A DNA stretch of 64,000 bases from a phage: the sequence record NC_101842.1. The stretch is one strand, 5' to 3'. Below, piece after piece: positions 55,538 to 64,000 of this stretch. Numbering within the stretch: position 1 is the first letter of the stretch; every line of letters starts with the position of its first letter. The notes below the pieces were generated by a model. That model saw nothing but the letters and a program-made list of their open reading frames with translations, had not been told where the DNA came from and searched no databases. A program made the position numbers and the translations under genes.

Positions 55538-57853
55538 TTATAGTGCACAGCTTTCGCAATACGGATCTTCAACTGAACTATCTGCAATCAAAGGATAGTT
55601 CTTTCTGGTTTCATCTTCAGCCTGTTTCTTGGCATGAAGTTCCTCTGCCAAGGAGTCACCAGCACCAACCCTAGAGTTTAAATAATACCATGTCTTCATC
55701 CCGAATTTAGTGGCACGGATAAGGTACCCTAGCTGCTCCTTCATTGAAATTTTACCATCTTTCAACTTGGTGTAGTCTATGTATAAATCCGCGCTGATTG
55801 CCTGACCTGTGAATTTTTGAATCACAGCATACATATCGATCATGTCGTTAGTATCAACGTCCCAAGCCGAAGTGTAATACTCTTTCAACTCATCGTATTC
55901 AGGAACGATAAACAGCACCTGCCCTTGTGGCGACTTTTTAAAGATAATGTGCTCACGGACAGGATAAACCCCGTTAGTGGTGTTTGTTGCCAGCGAAGAG
56001 CTTTCATTAGGCATATATGCTTCAAGAACGCTATTACGTAGCCCACCATTTTCAATGATTTCTTTACGTAACCCTTCCCAATCCTGTTTAAGAGAAGGAT
56101 CTTTCACCACACTATCGACCTCTTTGTTATAAGTGTCGATTGGTAACCAACCTTCTGGATATTTTGTTTTATACATCCACTCGCAGACACCACGCTCTTT
56201 TGCCAACCGTAAACTTGCCTTATGCAAGCTGTAGCTGTGAAGTTCTGCAAGATCGTGAACAAGCTGTTTACTTTCAGGAGATCCGTAAGTAACCTTGTGG
56301 CTGGCAATAAAATGTGCAACATTGGTAAGGCCAACCCCGATGGATCTGCGTTTTTTAACAGTACTCTCCATGTTTTCATACGGATATGTCATGATTTCCA
56401 TAACATTGTCAATCATAAGCACCGTGTAGTATGCAACATCCTCATACTCCTCTGGGGTAACCCTTCCAGCTACAAGAGATGACAGGAAGCACAATGCAAC
56501 CTCACCATCATCAACATCGTACTTGAAGATATTACGCATATCTGAATAGCCTTTTGTCGGGAGGGCTATTTCTGCACACAGGTTGCTTGAATAGATCACA
56601 TCTTTAAAAGGTGTATGTCTATTCATCTCATCTGTCCAGTATACGTACAGCCTTCCCACCTCAGTACGCTGCGTGATCAGCTCAACAGCAAGATCTCTAG
56701 CCCGGATCCATGTCTTAGGAATACTGTCATCTTTAGCAATACGCTCAACCTCTGCATCGAACTCCTCCATAGACATGGTGAAGATACCCTCATGCAGTTG
56801 AGGAGCGTGCTTATAAGAAACAAGCATCCAATCTAAATTCTTAGCCACACGGTTGATAAACGACCTATTAATACCGATGGAGTAGTCCATGGTGTTGATT
56901 CTTTTTGAAGCAACAGTCATAGGGTTTCTCAAACGGATTAGCTCATCAATCTGCGGGTCCAGTGCAAGGAATGATACTGTTGCAGAACCGCCACGTGATT
57001 GTTGTCTGTTCTCCTTAACACCAGCATCAATACCTCGATAATATGGAATCTTACCCATGTGTTTAATAGTGTTACCGCGAACACCATCACCTGCAGATCT
57101 TGATGATAAATAGTAGCCGATACCTGCTTGGTTAACCGTCATTGTGTACGCAACTTCACGTGCCACACCAATAGATTTTGCTGTATCGTCAGCTTTTATT
57201 ACACAACAAGATGCATACCCTGTCTTACCTGTGCGCAGCCCGTTTAAGTACGGTGTCGGGGCATTGATCTTTAAGTCGGACAGATAAGTGTATAATTTTA
57301 CAACATCGTTGATACGACGTTCTTTCGGCATATTCTTCATGACAGCCATTGCTATCCCCATAAACATCATCTGGGGAGATTCAAACAAGGTGTCTTTAAG
57401 AGTATCCTTGATCCCGTATTTGTCGCGAAACTGTTTAAGGACTGCATAGCCATAACCGAGATCTTTACTGTGGTCAATAACAGCGTCTAAAGTGTTTAGC
57501 TCGGTAAAGCTATATCCCATATCCTCCCAATACCCTTTCTCAACCATGTCGTTGTAAAATGATGGTAAGGAAGGGATCTTTGTAAACCCTCCAAAAGCCT
57601 CTTTATAAATCTGACCAATAAGAACACGACCAGCCATACGGGAATGTGCTTCGTCTTTACGGCTAACACAGGAGTCTATGATAGCTTGGTTAACTTCTTT
57701 GGTTGTACATCCATCATACAGTCGTTTGTATGCATCCAGTGCAATATGTGACCAATTGCCGTTACCGTCGTCACCGAAAATAGCTGCCTTATTTAAACGT
57801 TCTGGATCGAATGCCACTTCACATCCGTTGCTTTTAATTACCTTGGTGATCAA
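55538..57853 (-). CDS. nrdA: ribonucleotide reductase class Ia alpha subunit
   Basis: Catalytic NLCAEI block; C-terminal CESC pair; 771 aa. Confidence 0.9.
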   Translation of the reverse strand: MITKVIKSNGCEVAFDPERLNKAAIFGDDGNGNWSHIALDAYKRLYDGCTTKEVNQAIIDSCVSRKDEAHSRMAGRVLIGQIYKEAFGGFTKIPSLPSFYNDMVEKGYWEDMGYSFTELNTLDAVIDHSKDLGYGYAVLKQFRDKYGIKDTLKDTLFESPQMMFMGIAMAVMKNMPKERRINDVVKLYTYLSDLKINAPTPYLNGLRTGKTGYASCCVIKADDTAKSIGVAREVAYTMTVNQAGIGYYLSSRSAGDGVRGNTIKHMGKIPYYRGIDAGVKENRQQSRGGSATVSFLALDPQIDELIRLRNPMTVASKRINTMDYSIGINRSFINRVAKNLDWMLVSYKHAPQLHEGIFTMSMEEFDAEVERIAKDDSIPKTWIRARDLAVELITQRTEVGRLYVYWTDEMNRHTPFKDVIYSSNLCAEIALPTKGYSDMRNIFKYDVDDGEVALCFLSSLVAGRVTPEEYEDVAYYTVLMIDNVMEIMTYPYENMESTVKKRRSIGVGLTNVAHFIASHKVTYGSPESKQLVHDLAELHSYSLHKASLRLAKERGVCEWMYKTKYPEGWLPIDTYNKEVDSVVKDPSLKQDWEGLRKEIIENGGLRNSVLEAYMPNESSSLATNTTNGVYPVREHIIFKKSPQGQVLFIVPEYDELKEYYTSAWDVDTNDMIDMYAVIQKFTGQAISADLYIDYTKLKDGKISMKEQLGYLIRATKFGMKTWYYLNSRVGAGDSLAEELHAKKQAEDETRKNYPLIADSSVEDPYCESCAL

Positions 57854-58080
57854 TTTGCTTCCTCCACTTCATCAACGTATTTATCAAGGCAGGTATCAGT
57901 ATCTTGCTGGATAAAGGTATCCTCTTCTACAGAGATATTTATAATTTTGCCTGTATACTCGTCATAATAAACATCATCATACATTTTAATATCGTTTGTC
58001 AGGCCGTTGAACCAAAGCCAACCAACATACTCTGACCGACTTGCAAAACCAAGATCCTTCCACTTGGAGTTATGACTCAT
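57850..58080 (-). CDS. hypothetical protein
   Basis: Internal ATG (MSHNSKWKDLGF); track ORF trimmed. Confidence 0.5.
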   Translation of the reverse strand: MSHNSKWKDLGFASRSEYVGWLWFNGLTNDIKMYDDVYYDEYTGKIINISVEEDTFIQQDTDTCLDKYVDEVEEAN

Positions 58081-58090
58081 CTTCACCACC

Positions 58091-58552
58091 TTAGCTTTCA
58101 ATACCGAATAATTTTTCCAGGCGATGCAGATCTTCAAAATTGAAAGGTTCATCAACAATATGAATATCTTCAGCCTTTTCAGATTGTTTTGTATACTTTC
58201 TTACATTAACACGATCCTCTACAGGAATATCATACGGAAGATCTTGAACAAGCATTGCCTCACCAGGTGCTTTATCCACATCTAAAATATCTACACCGTT
58301 ATACATTTGCGGGTATCTAAAGTCTGCACGCATGACACCAGCAAATACATCTGCCTTTCGATAATGTGTTGGCTTATTTTTGCATCGAACGTTTTTTCCA
58401 CGAAGAACATCAATACTTTTTAAATCAAACCCTACGGCAAAGAGTGCAGCTCGGAGACCGTTTCGTGTGCGAACGTTAAACCCGGGAACGGTAGATAGGA
58501 AATCCAAAGTAACTGAAATAAATGTCTTTTTAGGAATCATAACATTACTCAT
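58091..58552 (-). CDS. hypothetical protein
   Basis: Internal ATG (MSNVMIPKK) after GGAGA; between nrdA and ThyX-like gene. Confidence 0.5.
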   Translation of the reverse strand: MSNVMIPKKTFISVTLDFLSTVPGFNVRTRNGLRAALFAVGFDLKSIDVLRGKNVRCKNKPTHYRKADVFAGVMRADFRYPQMYNGVDILDVDKAPGEAMLVQDLPYDIPVEDRVNVRKYTKQSEKAEDIHIVDEPFNFEDLHRLEKLFGIES

Positions 58553-58650
58553 ATCTGTCTCCATTTCTGGCTCACCAACAAAGTGAGCCATTATTATAGA
58601 TTATCTAATACTATTAGTCAACACAAAAGTTACCTATCGCTGTGATAGGA

Positions 58651-59634
58651 TTAACCTTTCACGAAGTGGTTATTAAGCAGTTGTCTGTGCTGAACCCACC
58701 CACAAAAGTTGGCAGACCAGAATTTACCATCACGGTCTTGATGGGTTACACCTTCCTGCCAAGTACTGATGTCTTGTGTGATTTCACATGAAGACAGGTA
58801 GTAGTTTAAACGTTCCATTGCGTTATCGTGATCCATAGGTGTTGCCTGGTGCTCGTAAGGGCTTGCATGAATACGATCCCCACCAATCAATTTTTTAGCC
58901 ACACTGTCTGCCTTTTCAAACGTGCTGTCAATATTTCGATAAGATACTTGTGCACAGCAACTAGCACTGATAGACAGAGCTTCTTTAGTATCGAGAATGC
59001 AGAGCTTTCCTTCTGTGTCACGTACAGCGTAGTTAAACTCCCCGTCCAAATAAACGTGCTCTACATATGGAGTGTGCCATTGACCCGGTTTAAGGATTTC
59101 AGGAGTGCTATTCACAAGAGCCTCCCACATACAATTAGCTAACATCTGAATCGTAGGATCCGCATCGTGCCAGCAACGGAGGTGGAAAAAATTATTCCAC
59201 TCGGTGCTTGTTACAACTGTTTTCATGCGCTGAAAAGGCTCCACTAAGCGGTTACATACTTGCTTATGGTAACCAGCAAGGGCAAACTTCTCTGCATGCC
59301 AAGCGGCGTTTTTTGCAGCTTCTTTCCAAAACTCTTCCGGAGTTAGCTCCATATCAGTGTACTCTACACGGATCTTTTGATCGTGTTCCCCACCATCTTC
59401 CATTCCTCGCTTATTTACACCGAAGCGAACTGGCATTGCCGGATTCTCCACAATCTGTTGCAGCATCTTTCCGACAGGCACTGCACGGGAAGACATGGCG
59501 TTTCGGCTGAACACTCGGTGCGTCATAAGCTCTGAGTGAATAATTCGAGGATACTCTAGCTCAAAAGTGGTGATGCGCTTACCTTTCTCGGAAATGCTGT
59601 CAGCAATGATCTTTGCAGTGCACAGTTTTAGCAT
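58651..59634 (-). CDS. thyX: flavin-dependent thymidylate synthase (ThyX-like)
   Basis: ThyX-like signature HRVFSRNAMSSRA; nucleotide-metabolism context; longer than typical ThyX. Confidence 0.6.
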   Translation of the reverse strand: MLKLCTAKIIADSISEKGKRITTFELEYPRIIHSELMTHRVFSRNAMSSRAVPVGKMLQQIVENPAMPVRFGVNKRGMEDGGEHDQKIRVEYTDMELTPEEFWKEAAKNAAWHAEKFALAGYHKQVCNRLVEPFQRMKTVVTSTEWNNFFHLRCWHDADPTIQMLANCMWEALVNSTPEILKPGQWHTPYVEHVYLDGEFNYAVRDTEGKLCILDTKEALSISASCCAQVSYRNIDSTFEKADSVAKKLIGGDRIHASPYEHQATPMDHDNAMERLNYYLSSCEITQDISTWQEGVTHQDRDGKFWSANFCGWVQHRQLLNNHFVKG

Positions 59635-59834
59635 TATTTAGCTCTCCTTGTTTTAATTTTGGAAATTTCGTCTGGGTTTATGTTGGCCTTAAATGCAAGG
59701 TATCTGTTGAACATATCGGAGCACATGTCTTGGGTGATCCTGGAGGCATACACCAGCTTACCTCCCAGATCATACACCTCTAGCCAGTCACCGTATCTGA
59801 CTACAGGATCGCCACCTTTAGAACATCTGCCCAT
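59634..59834 (-). CDS. hypothetical protein
   Basis: Start/stop overlap. Confidence 0.55.
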   Translation of the reverse strand: MGRCSKGGDPVVRYGDWLEVYDLGGKLVYASRITQDMCSDMFNRYLAFKANINPDEISKIKTRRAK

Positions 59835-59835
59835 T

Positions 59836-60429
59836 TCAAATACCTTCTAAAAACTTTCCTATTTTATACCAGCTATTAGCGGTATAGTCAACACTGACCT
59901 TTAACTCCTCAAATTGCTCATAAGGCGTATCTTTTAGGATTTTAATAACTTCAGGGCGTGAAGCGAATTGGTTCAGGTATTCATGCCTGTCGTCAATTAT
60001 AACATCTACAGCCACATTTCCCTTGAAATGCGTGGCGTAGAAGCCGTGACCCTGGGTGTGATCGTCCAGATCCATAAAATCACTAGTCCAACGCTTTAAG
60101 AACCTTGATTTAGATGCAAGGTGACCTTTCTTGCATACCGAGATAAATGCAAGCTTGTGACCACGAGCCACCAAATCTTTCATAACCTCAATAGCCCCCT
60201 CTTCAGGCTTAAGAAAGTCGTAGAGGAACGGGTCACTCCAGAAATCAAAAGGCCCTATGATGTTTTCTTTGGGGCGATCAGGCCAATACTTTGACAGATC
60301 GTAATACATTAACCCATTAGAAGGTTTAGTGACTGTCTTACTGGCTGGACCATATAAACGCTCCAACCACTCCCACCATGCTGTTCCTGAATCTACCAGT
60401 GTCAAATCTACATCAATACCGATTAACAT
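59836..60429 (-). CDS. HAD-superfamily 5'(3')-deoxyribonucleotidase-like protein
   Basis: HAD motif I IGIDVDLTLVDS (DxDxT). Confidence 0.55.
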   Translation of the reverse strand: MLIGIDVDLTLVDSGTAWWEWLERLYGPASKTVTKPSNGLMYYDLSKYWPDRPKENIIGPFDFWSDPFLYDFLKPEEGAIEVMKDLVARGHKLAFISVCKKGHLASKSRFLKRWTSDFMDLDDHTQGHGFYATHFKGNVAVDVIIDDRHEYLNQFASRPEVIKILKDTPYEQFEELKVSVDYTANSWYKIGKFLEGI

Positions 60430-61040
60430 TCTTCTTGGGCCTCTTTAGCATCAATATACTTGCACACAATCTCCGATGCACATTCCCAAGGTGCACCTTC
60501 AGGGTTTACAACATCGAACTCAATTCCTTTTATTCCGTTCTTTTCCAGACTTAGATAGGTTCTGGAATCATTTCCCCAGTCATATCCGACACGGTGAATA
60601 CGGAACAACAACAGATCTCCACCTGTGCTGTACGCGTACTCGCTAAGGCATGCCAGCTCCTCTTTGAATCCACCATCGGAGTAAACAACAACCCCTTTAC
60701 CTTTAGGGAAATCTTTCTTCAAAGATGCGACTGCGGCTTTACCGAAAGCATCTTCACCAAAGATAGGTTTAATCAGATTTTCACTACAATGGATCATCCA
60801 TTCTCGCGGAGAAACATGCTTGCCGTCTATCATTAAGAAAGGGCAAGGCTCTTCTTTGTAGTGGCGGTCATAAAGTGCATTCCAGAGTTGAGGAGTTACA
60901 CCAGCTGCCTTAATTGCCACACTGAAGAGCATCTCCTTAACCTCACGGTGGTGTGAGTTAGGAATAGCTTCCAACAAGAGATCTGCAATGTGATCCTTAC
61001 CACTGCTGGGTGGGGCGTTAAGAACAATAATATCCATCAA
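60423..61040 (-). CDS. P-loop kinase, putative deoxynucleoside monophosphate kinase
   Basis: N-terminal P-loop LNAPPSSGKD resembling T4 gp1-type dNMP kinases. Confidence 0.5.
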   Translation of the reverse strand: MMDIIVLNAPPSSGKDHIADLLLEAIPNSHHREVKEMLFSVAIKAAGVTPQLWNALYDRHYKEEPCPFLMIDGKHVSPREWMIHCSENLIKPIFGEDAFGKAAVASLKKDFPKGKGVVVYSDGGFKEELACLSEYAYSTGGDLLLFRIHRVGYDWGNDSRTYLSLEKNGIKGIEFDVVNPEGAPWECASEIVCKYIDAKEAQEEC

Positions 61041-61240
61041 AAACCTCCGTGGTATTCTTCAACTGCATCAATAATACTTTTACACTTATCTACCAGCTCG
61101 TTAGCCACTACAGCATCGTCTTCCCAAACAGCTTCCTCGATCTGATCAAGCAATGATCGCATCTTACCCATCATTTCTGGGATAAAGTCTTCTGAAAAGC
61201 TGTCTGGAATTGTTAACTTTAGTGTCATTGCGTTCTCCAA
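61037..61240 (-). CDS. hypothetical protein
   Basis: ATGA overlap. Confidence 0.55.
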   Translation of the reverse strand: MENAMTLKLTIPDSFSEDFIPEMMGKMRSLLDQIEEAVWEDDAVVANELVDKCKSIIDAVEEYHGGF

Positions 61241-61255
61241 TCATACTATGCGTTA

Positions 61256-61714
61256 TTAGAAGTTTGTTTTTACACGTCCCTTTTCATCAACCTCGTTGTT
61301 GGCTAGAAGCGTTACAAAGTCTGTGAAACGGACATGAAGAACTCTTTTCTTATCAAGGTATCCTAAAGCCACCCCTGAGAAATTTAGCATCAAAGGGGCT
61401 AAAGAAGCTCTGGCACTGAAATGCTGTTGTTCTACCCTTCCAACACCCTTAGTGTAGGATGGGTTAAGATTGTAAGTTCTGAATCCCAGTTTTGTTGGAG
61501 CTTTAGAATTAAAAACAACTTTATAGCGTTTCTTACTCAACTTATGCTCCAGGATAAGCATTCCCTTATCACCCTTGATAAGTTGAAAATCTGTAAAGTG
61601 CTCTTTTAATACGAAAGGTAGTGCCAGTCCCATCGCCTGCCCCCTTTGTACCGCTGTCTCACCAAAAGCTTTTGCATCAGTAAGTTCTTTGGTCAAGTCT
61701 ATGCTTTTGATCAT
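61256..61714 (-). CDS. hypothetical protein
   Basis: ORF in array. Confidence 0.55.
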   Translation of the reverse strand: MIKSIDLTKELTDAKAFGETAVQRGQAMGLALPFVLKEHFTDFQLIKGDKGMLILEHKLSKKRYKVVFNSKAPTKLGFRTYNLNPSYTKGVGRVEQQHFSARASLAPLMLNFSGVALGYLDKKRVLHVRFTDFVTLLANNEVDEKGRVKTNF

Positions 61715-62525
61715 ACCTAGTCTCCAAAATGTATTGTAGTTCTTTCTTACCTATACTCTTCATTCCGGCAGTCTTACCTGCTTCTTCTTGAAAAGAAGAA
61801 TAGCATTCAGCAAACACTCTGTCAACACCGTCAACTAAAGATTTTATGAAATATGTTGATTCTTCAGATTTTGGGTCATCCTCCCCCAATACTTTTCCAG
61901 CATTATACCCAACACGTCTTACACAGAAGTCGTAGTCATCTGGAGTGCTAAAAGAAAATAACTTATTCTCCCCAATCTCTACAGGATCCCTGTTGCACGC
62001 CTTTTTCTCCCAAATTTGGAAAACACACGGCACGTCATAAGGTTTGCCATTAAGTAGAAACGAGTTCTTAGGGCACCTTTCACTGTAGACAAGGTGCATC
62101 GACATGTCCAGTTTGTTTGCAAAAAATATTTTTTCAAATGTCCGTGGCAAGATGAAGGCTATAGCCCCTCCAAGCTCTAGCAATGATGCACAATGGTTAA
62201 AGAATTTGCAAGCTAAAGATGAATTCTTGCCAAATGGTGGGTTACCTATGAAGACATCTGCCTTGGGATGCACCTCCAAGAAGTTTGCCTGAATGCACGG
62301 TGTTGGTCCTTCAAATTCAGGATCTGGTACTAGATCGTAAGACAGTATCTCTGAAAATAGTTTTGAAAAAGAACCCCTTCCAGCAGAAGGCTCAACGTAT
62401 GCACAATTTCCATACTTATCTTTTACTTTACCAACAAGATATTCTGCATACTCAGGGTTTGTGTAATATTTGTCGTTGGACTCTTTCTTGCTCAAAGTGC
62501 CTCCAAAAGGAAAAGGGAGGCGCAA
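61677..62525 (-). CDS. DNA N6-adenine methyltransferase (NPPF motif)
   Basis: Motif I EPSAGRGSF and motif IV FIGNPPFG; N-terminal KYYTNPEYAEYL. Confidence 0.75.
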   Translation of the reverse strand: MRLPFPFGGTLSKKESNDKYYTNPEYAEYLVGKVKDKYGNCAYVEPSAGRGSFSKLFSEILSYDLVPDPEFEGPTPCIQANFLEVHPKADVFIGNPPFGKNSSLACKFFNHCASLLELGGAIAFILPRTFEKIFFANKLDMSMHLVYSERCPKNSFLLNGKPYDVPCVFQIWEKKACNRDPVEIGENKLFSFSTPDDYDFCVRRVGYNAGKVLGEDDPKSEESTYFIKSLVDGVDRVFAECYSSFQEEAGKTAGMKSIGKKELQYILETRYDQKHRLDQRTY

Positions 62526-62541
62526 GCCTCCCTATACTTGA

Positions 62542-63531
62542 TTAGATTATCTGAATCAGGGTGTTTTTCATTTCTTCTCTGGTACGGATGTTGTTACGGT
62601 CACGAACAACAGATCCACAACCTTCGCAGCGATATGTTTTAAATGCACTCAGTTGAGTATACGCCAAAGCTTCTTCCTCGTGAAGGTGTTCTCCACCGCA
62701 GCGTGGGCAACGAACTTTTGGCTCCTCATCCTGGTAGTACAATGACATGTTGGGGTGCTGCTTAGCAAACGGGCGTGCCAGCAAATACAGGCCTTCCAGA
62801 GATAGGATATCACCAACATTGTACTCCCGCATCTGTTTAAACGCCTCAAGATCACCATGAACACACTTGATCCACATTTCAAATGTGTGGTCAATCAGTT
62901 TCTGTCGGGCAAGTTGGAAGTATTTGCATGCATACTCCAAAGTGTTTGCATTCAAACGGAATGCCTTCTTGATCATTTTAAGGGTGTCAACCTCTTTGTA
63001 TGGGCTTGTTGGAGGCAACCCGTGAAATGCAAATCGTTGGTTTGCCCACCCACAGTCAAAACCTGAATTGTGGGCTACTGCGACATCACATTTATCCAGA
63101 TAATACCACAAGTCCTGAATCAATTCGAGGTCATTGTGAATATCCTCATCCCACATTTTGTAATCGGGAAGAGCGCAGTCAACCACACTAGGACTGTCTA
63201 ACCACTTACCTGCGAAAGTTAGCATATAGGGCATAATTTCAATACCGCAGGTTTGAATGTTGGTCTTATAGTGCCCAAAGAACCAGCCGTTTGTTGGTGA
63301 TGTTTCTGTATCATACACCCAAACTTTAGCTCCTTTGTGTTCTTCAAGGAAGCGCTCCGTTGCTTCTCCTACAATCTCTGACATATTCTCTTGTGCACGT
63401 TTAAGCTGTAGTCGGATCCAACTCTCACGTGACTCACGGCCTAAAAATTCACGAGCAATTTGTCTATTAGTGTATCCCTGCTGCTTTAGTGTTAAAATTT
63501 GCTCAAGAGTTAACTTTGTCATCATCGTCAA
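62542..63531 (-). CDS. DEDDh 3'-5' exonuclease with N-terminal HTH and C-terminal zinc ribbon
   Basis: Exo I VWVYDTETSP, Exo II VAHNSGFDCGW, Exo III YNVGD; HTH-like LTLKQQGYTNRQIAREF; CPRCGG...CEGCG. Confidence 0.7.
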   Translation of the reverse strand: MTMMTKLTLEQILTLKQQGYTNRQIAREFLGRESRESWIRLQLKRAQENMSEIVGEATERFLEEHKGAKVWVYDTETSPTNGWFFGHYKTNIQTCGIEIMPYMLTFAGKWLDSPSVVDCALPDYKMWDEDIHNDLELIQDLWYYLDKCDVAVAHNSGFDCGWANQRFAFHGLPPTSPYKEVDTLKMIKKAFRLNANTLEYACKYFQLARQKLIDHTFEMWIKCVHGDLEAFKQMREYNVGDILSLEGLYLLARPFAKQHPNMSLYYQDEEPKVRCPRCGGEHLHEEEALAYTQLSAFKTYRCEGCGSVVRDRNNIRTREEMKNTLIQII

Positions 63532-63537
63532 AATTCC

Positions 63538-63759
63538 TTAGTAAAACTGAAGAATGTCTTTTAAAGCGAAGTCACGATATTCGCCCTTGTCTACATCAAA
63601 GGCATGCATCAACCACTGCTCTTCTTTATGATACTCTGTAGAGCCAAACCATAAATTAGGCTCAGTAACGCAGCGATCTGCAACAACACCTTTCCAGTTA
63701 CGGTATTTCATCCTGATCAGGACTGAGTCGCAAGGATTGAATACCTTTTTCATCCCCAT
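63538..63759 (-). CDS. hypothetical protein
   Basis: GGAGAG RBS before ATG. Confidence 0.5.
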   Translation of the reverse strand: MGMKKVFNPCDSVLIRMKYRNWKGVVADRCVTEPNLWFGSTEYHKEEQWLMHAFDVDKGEYRDFALKDILQFY

Positions 63760-63976
63760 AGAAATCTCTCTCCTCAGTTTTCTTTATAAACTCCTGCATG
63801 TAGGACTCAATAGCCTCATGCTTGGTGCACTCTGGATTAATGACAAGATTGAGATCTGATTCTGCTCGTGCAATAATCGTAGCTTTAGAGCATCTCCTCA
63901 AGAACTTTGTCATATCATCTCTGTAGTTTTTGTGGAGCGGGAAGTCGCTGTAGTCTTTCTCCAGATAGTCAGCCAT
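63698..63976 (-). CDS. hypothetical protein
   Basis: Probable ATG start MADYLEKDY (track start is a TTG); 3' end overlaps next gene. Confidence 0.4.
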   Translation of the reverse strand: MADYLEKDYSDFPLHKNYRDDMTKFLRRCSKATIIARAESDLNLVINPECTKHEAIESYMQEFIKKTEERDFYGDEKGIQSLRLSPDQDEIP

Positions 63977-64000
63977 CCGGCGCAACGCCTCTGATAAACT

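Noticed and set aside
54411-55559. Long overlap between nrdB (track start 55559) and nrdA
   Set aside because: An internal ATG at ~55499 with an AGAGG RBS gives a normal NrdB N-terminus and removes the overlap; the track extension is probably not translated.
1-64000. Capsid, tail, terminase, holin/endolysin cassette or integrase
   Set aside because: No protein in the window shows motifs of these families; the window covers replication, metabolic and early-gene regions only.

Overview
This 64-kb window is the replication, nucleotide-metabolism and early-gene region of a large virulent tailed phage infecting a Gram-negative host (sigma70-type TTGACA/TATAAT promoters, AGGAG-like RBSs, rho-independent terminators). 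There are no capsid, tail, terminase or integrase genes, and I found no tRNA or CRISPR features. All calls are from reading the sequence and ORF track by eye; no searches were run, and element coordinates may be off by 1-2 nt. Layout: (1) 1-22.6 kb, + strand: SleB-like hydrolase, rIIA/rIIB-like pair, Dda/Pif1-like helicase, adenine and cytosine-type DNA methyltransferases, primase-helicase, family A DNA polymerase, tandem small paralogs, SSB-like protein ending DDDIPF, macro-domain protein. (2) 22.6-23.7 kb: repeat-rich non-coding spacer. (3) 23.7-33.3 kb, + strand: about 27 small ORFs, most preceded by a promoter, a short GC hairpin and an RBS (shown in detail for ~13), bracketed by inverted copies of a GC-rich element. 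(4) 33.3-35.7 kb: ORF-free region where transcription converges, dense with iteron-like repeats. (5) 35.7-64 kb, - strand: about 35 small ORFs including paralog families and a ribosome hibernation factor (HPF) homolog, then Dam-like methyltransferase, ClpP-like protease, PhoH, NrdG/NrdD, glutaredoxin, NrdB/NrdA, ThyX-like, HAD nucleotidase, dNMP-kinase-like, a third adenine methyltransferase and a DEDDh exonuclease. Strongest candidates for follow-up: the HPF homolog, the TARG1-like macro domain, the iteron-rich convergent region, and the promoter-hairpin small-gene island.
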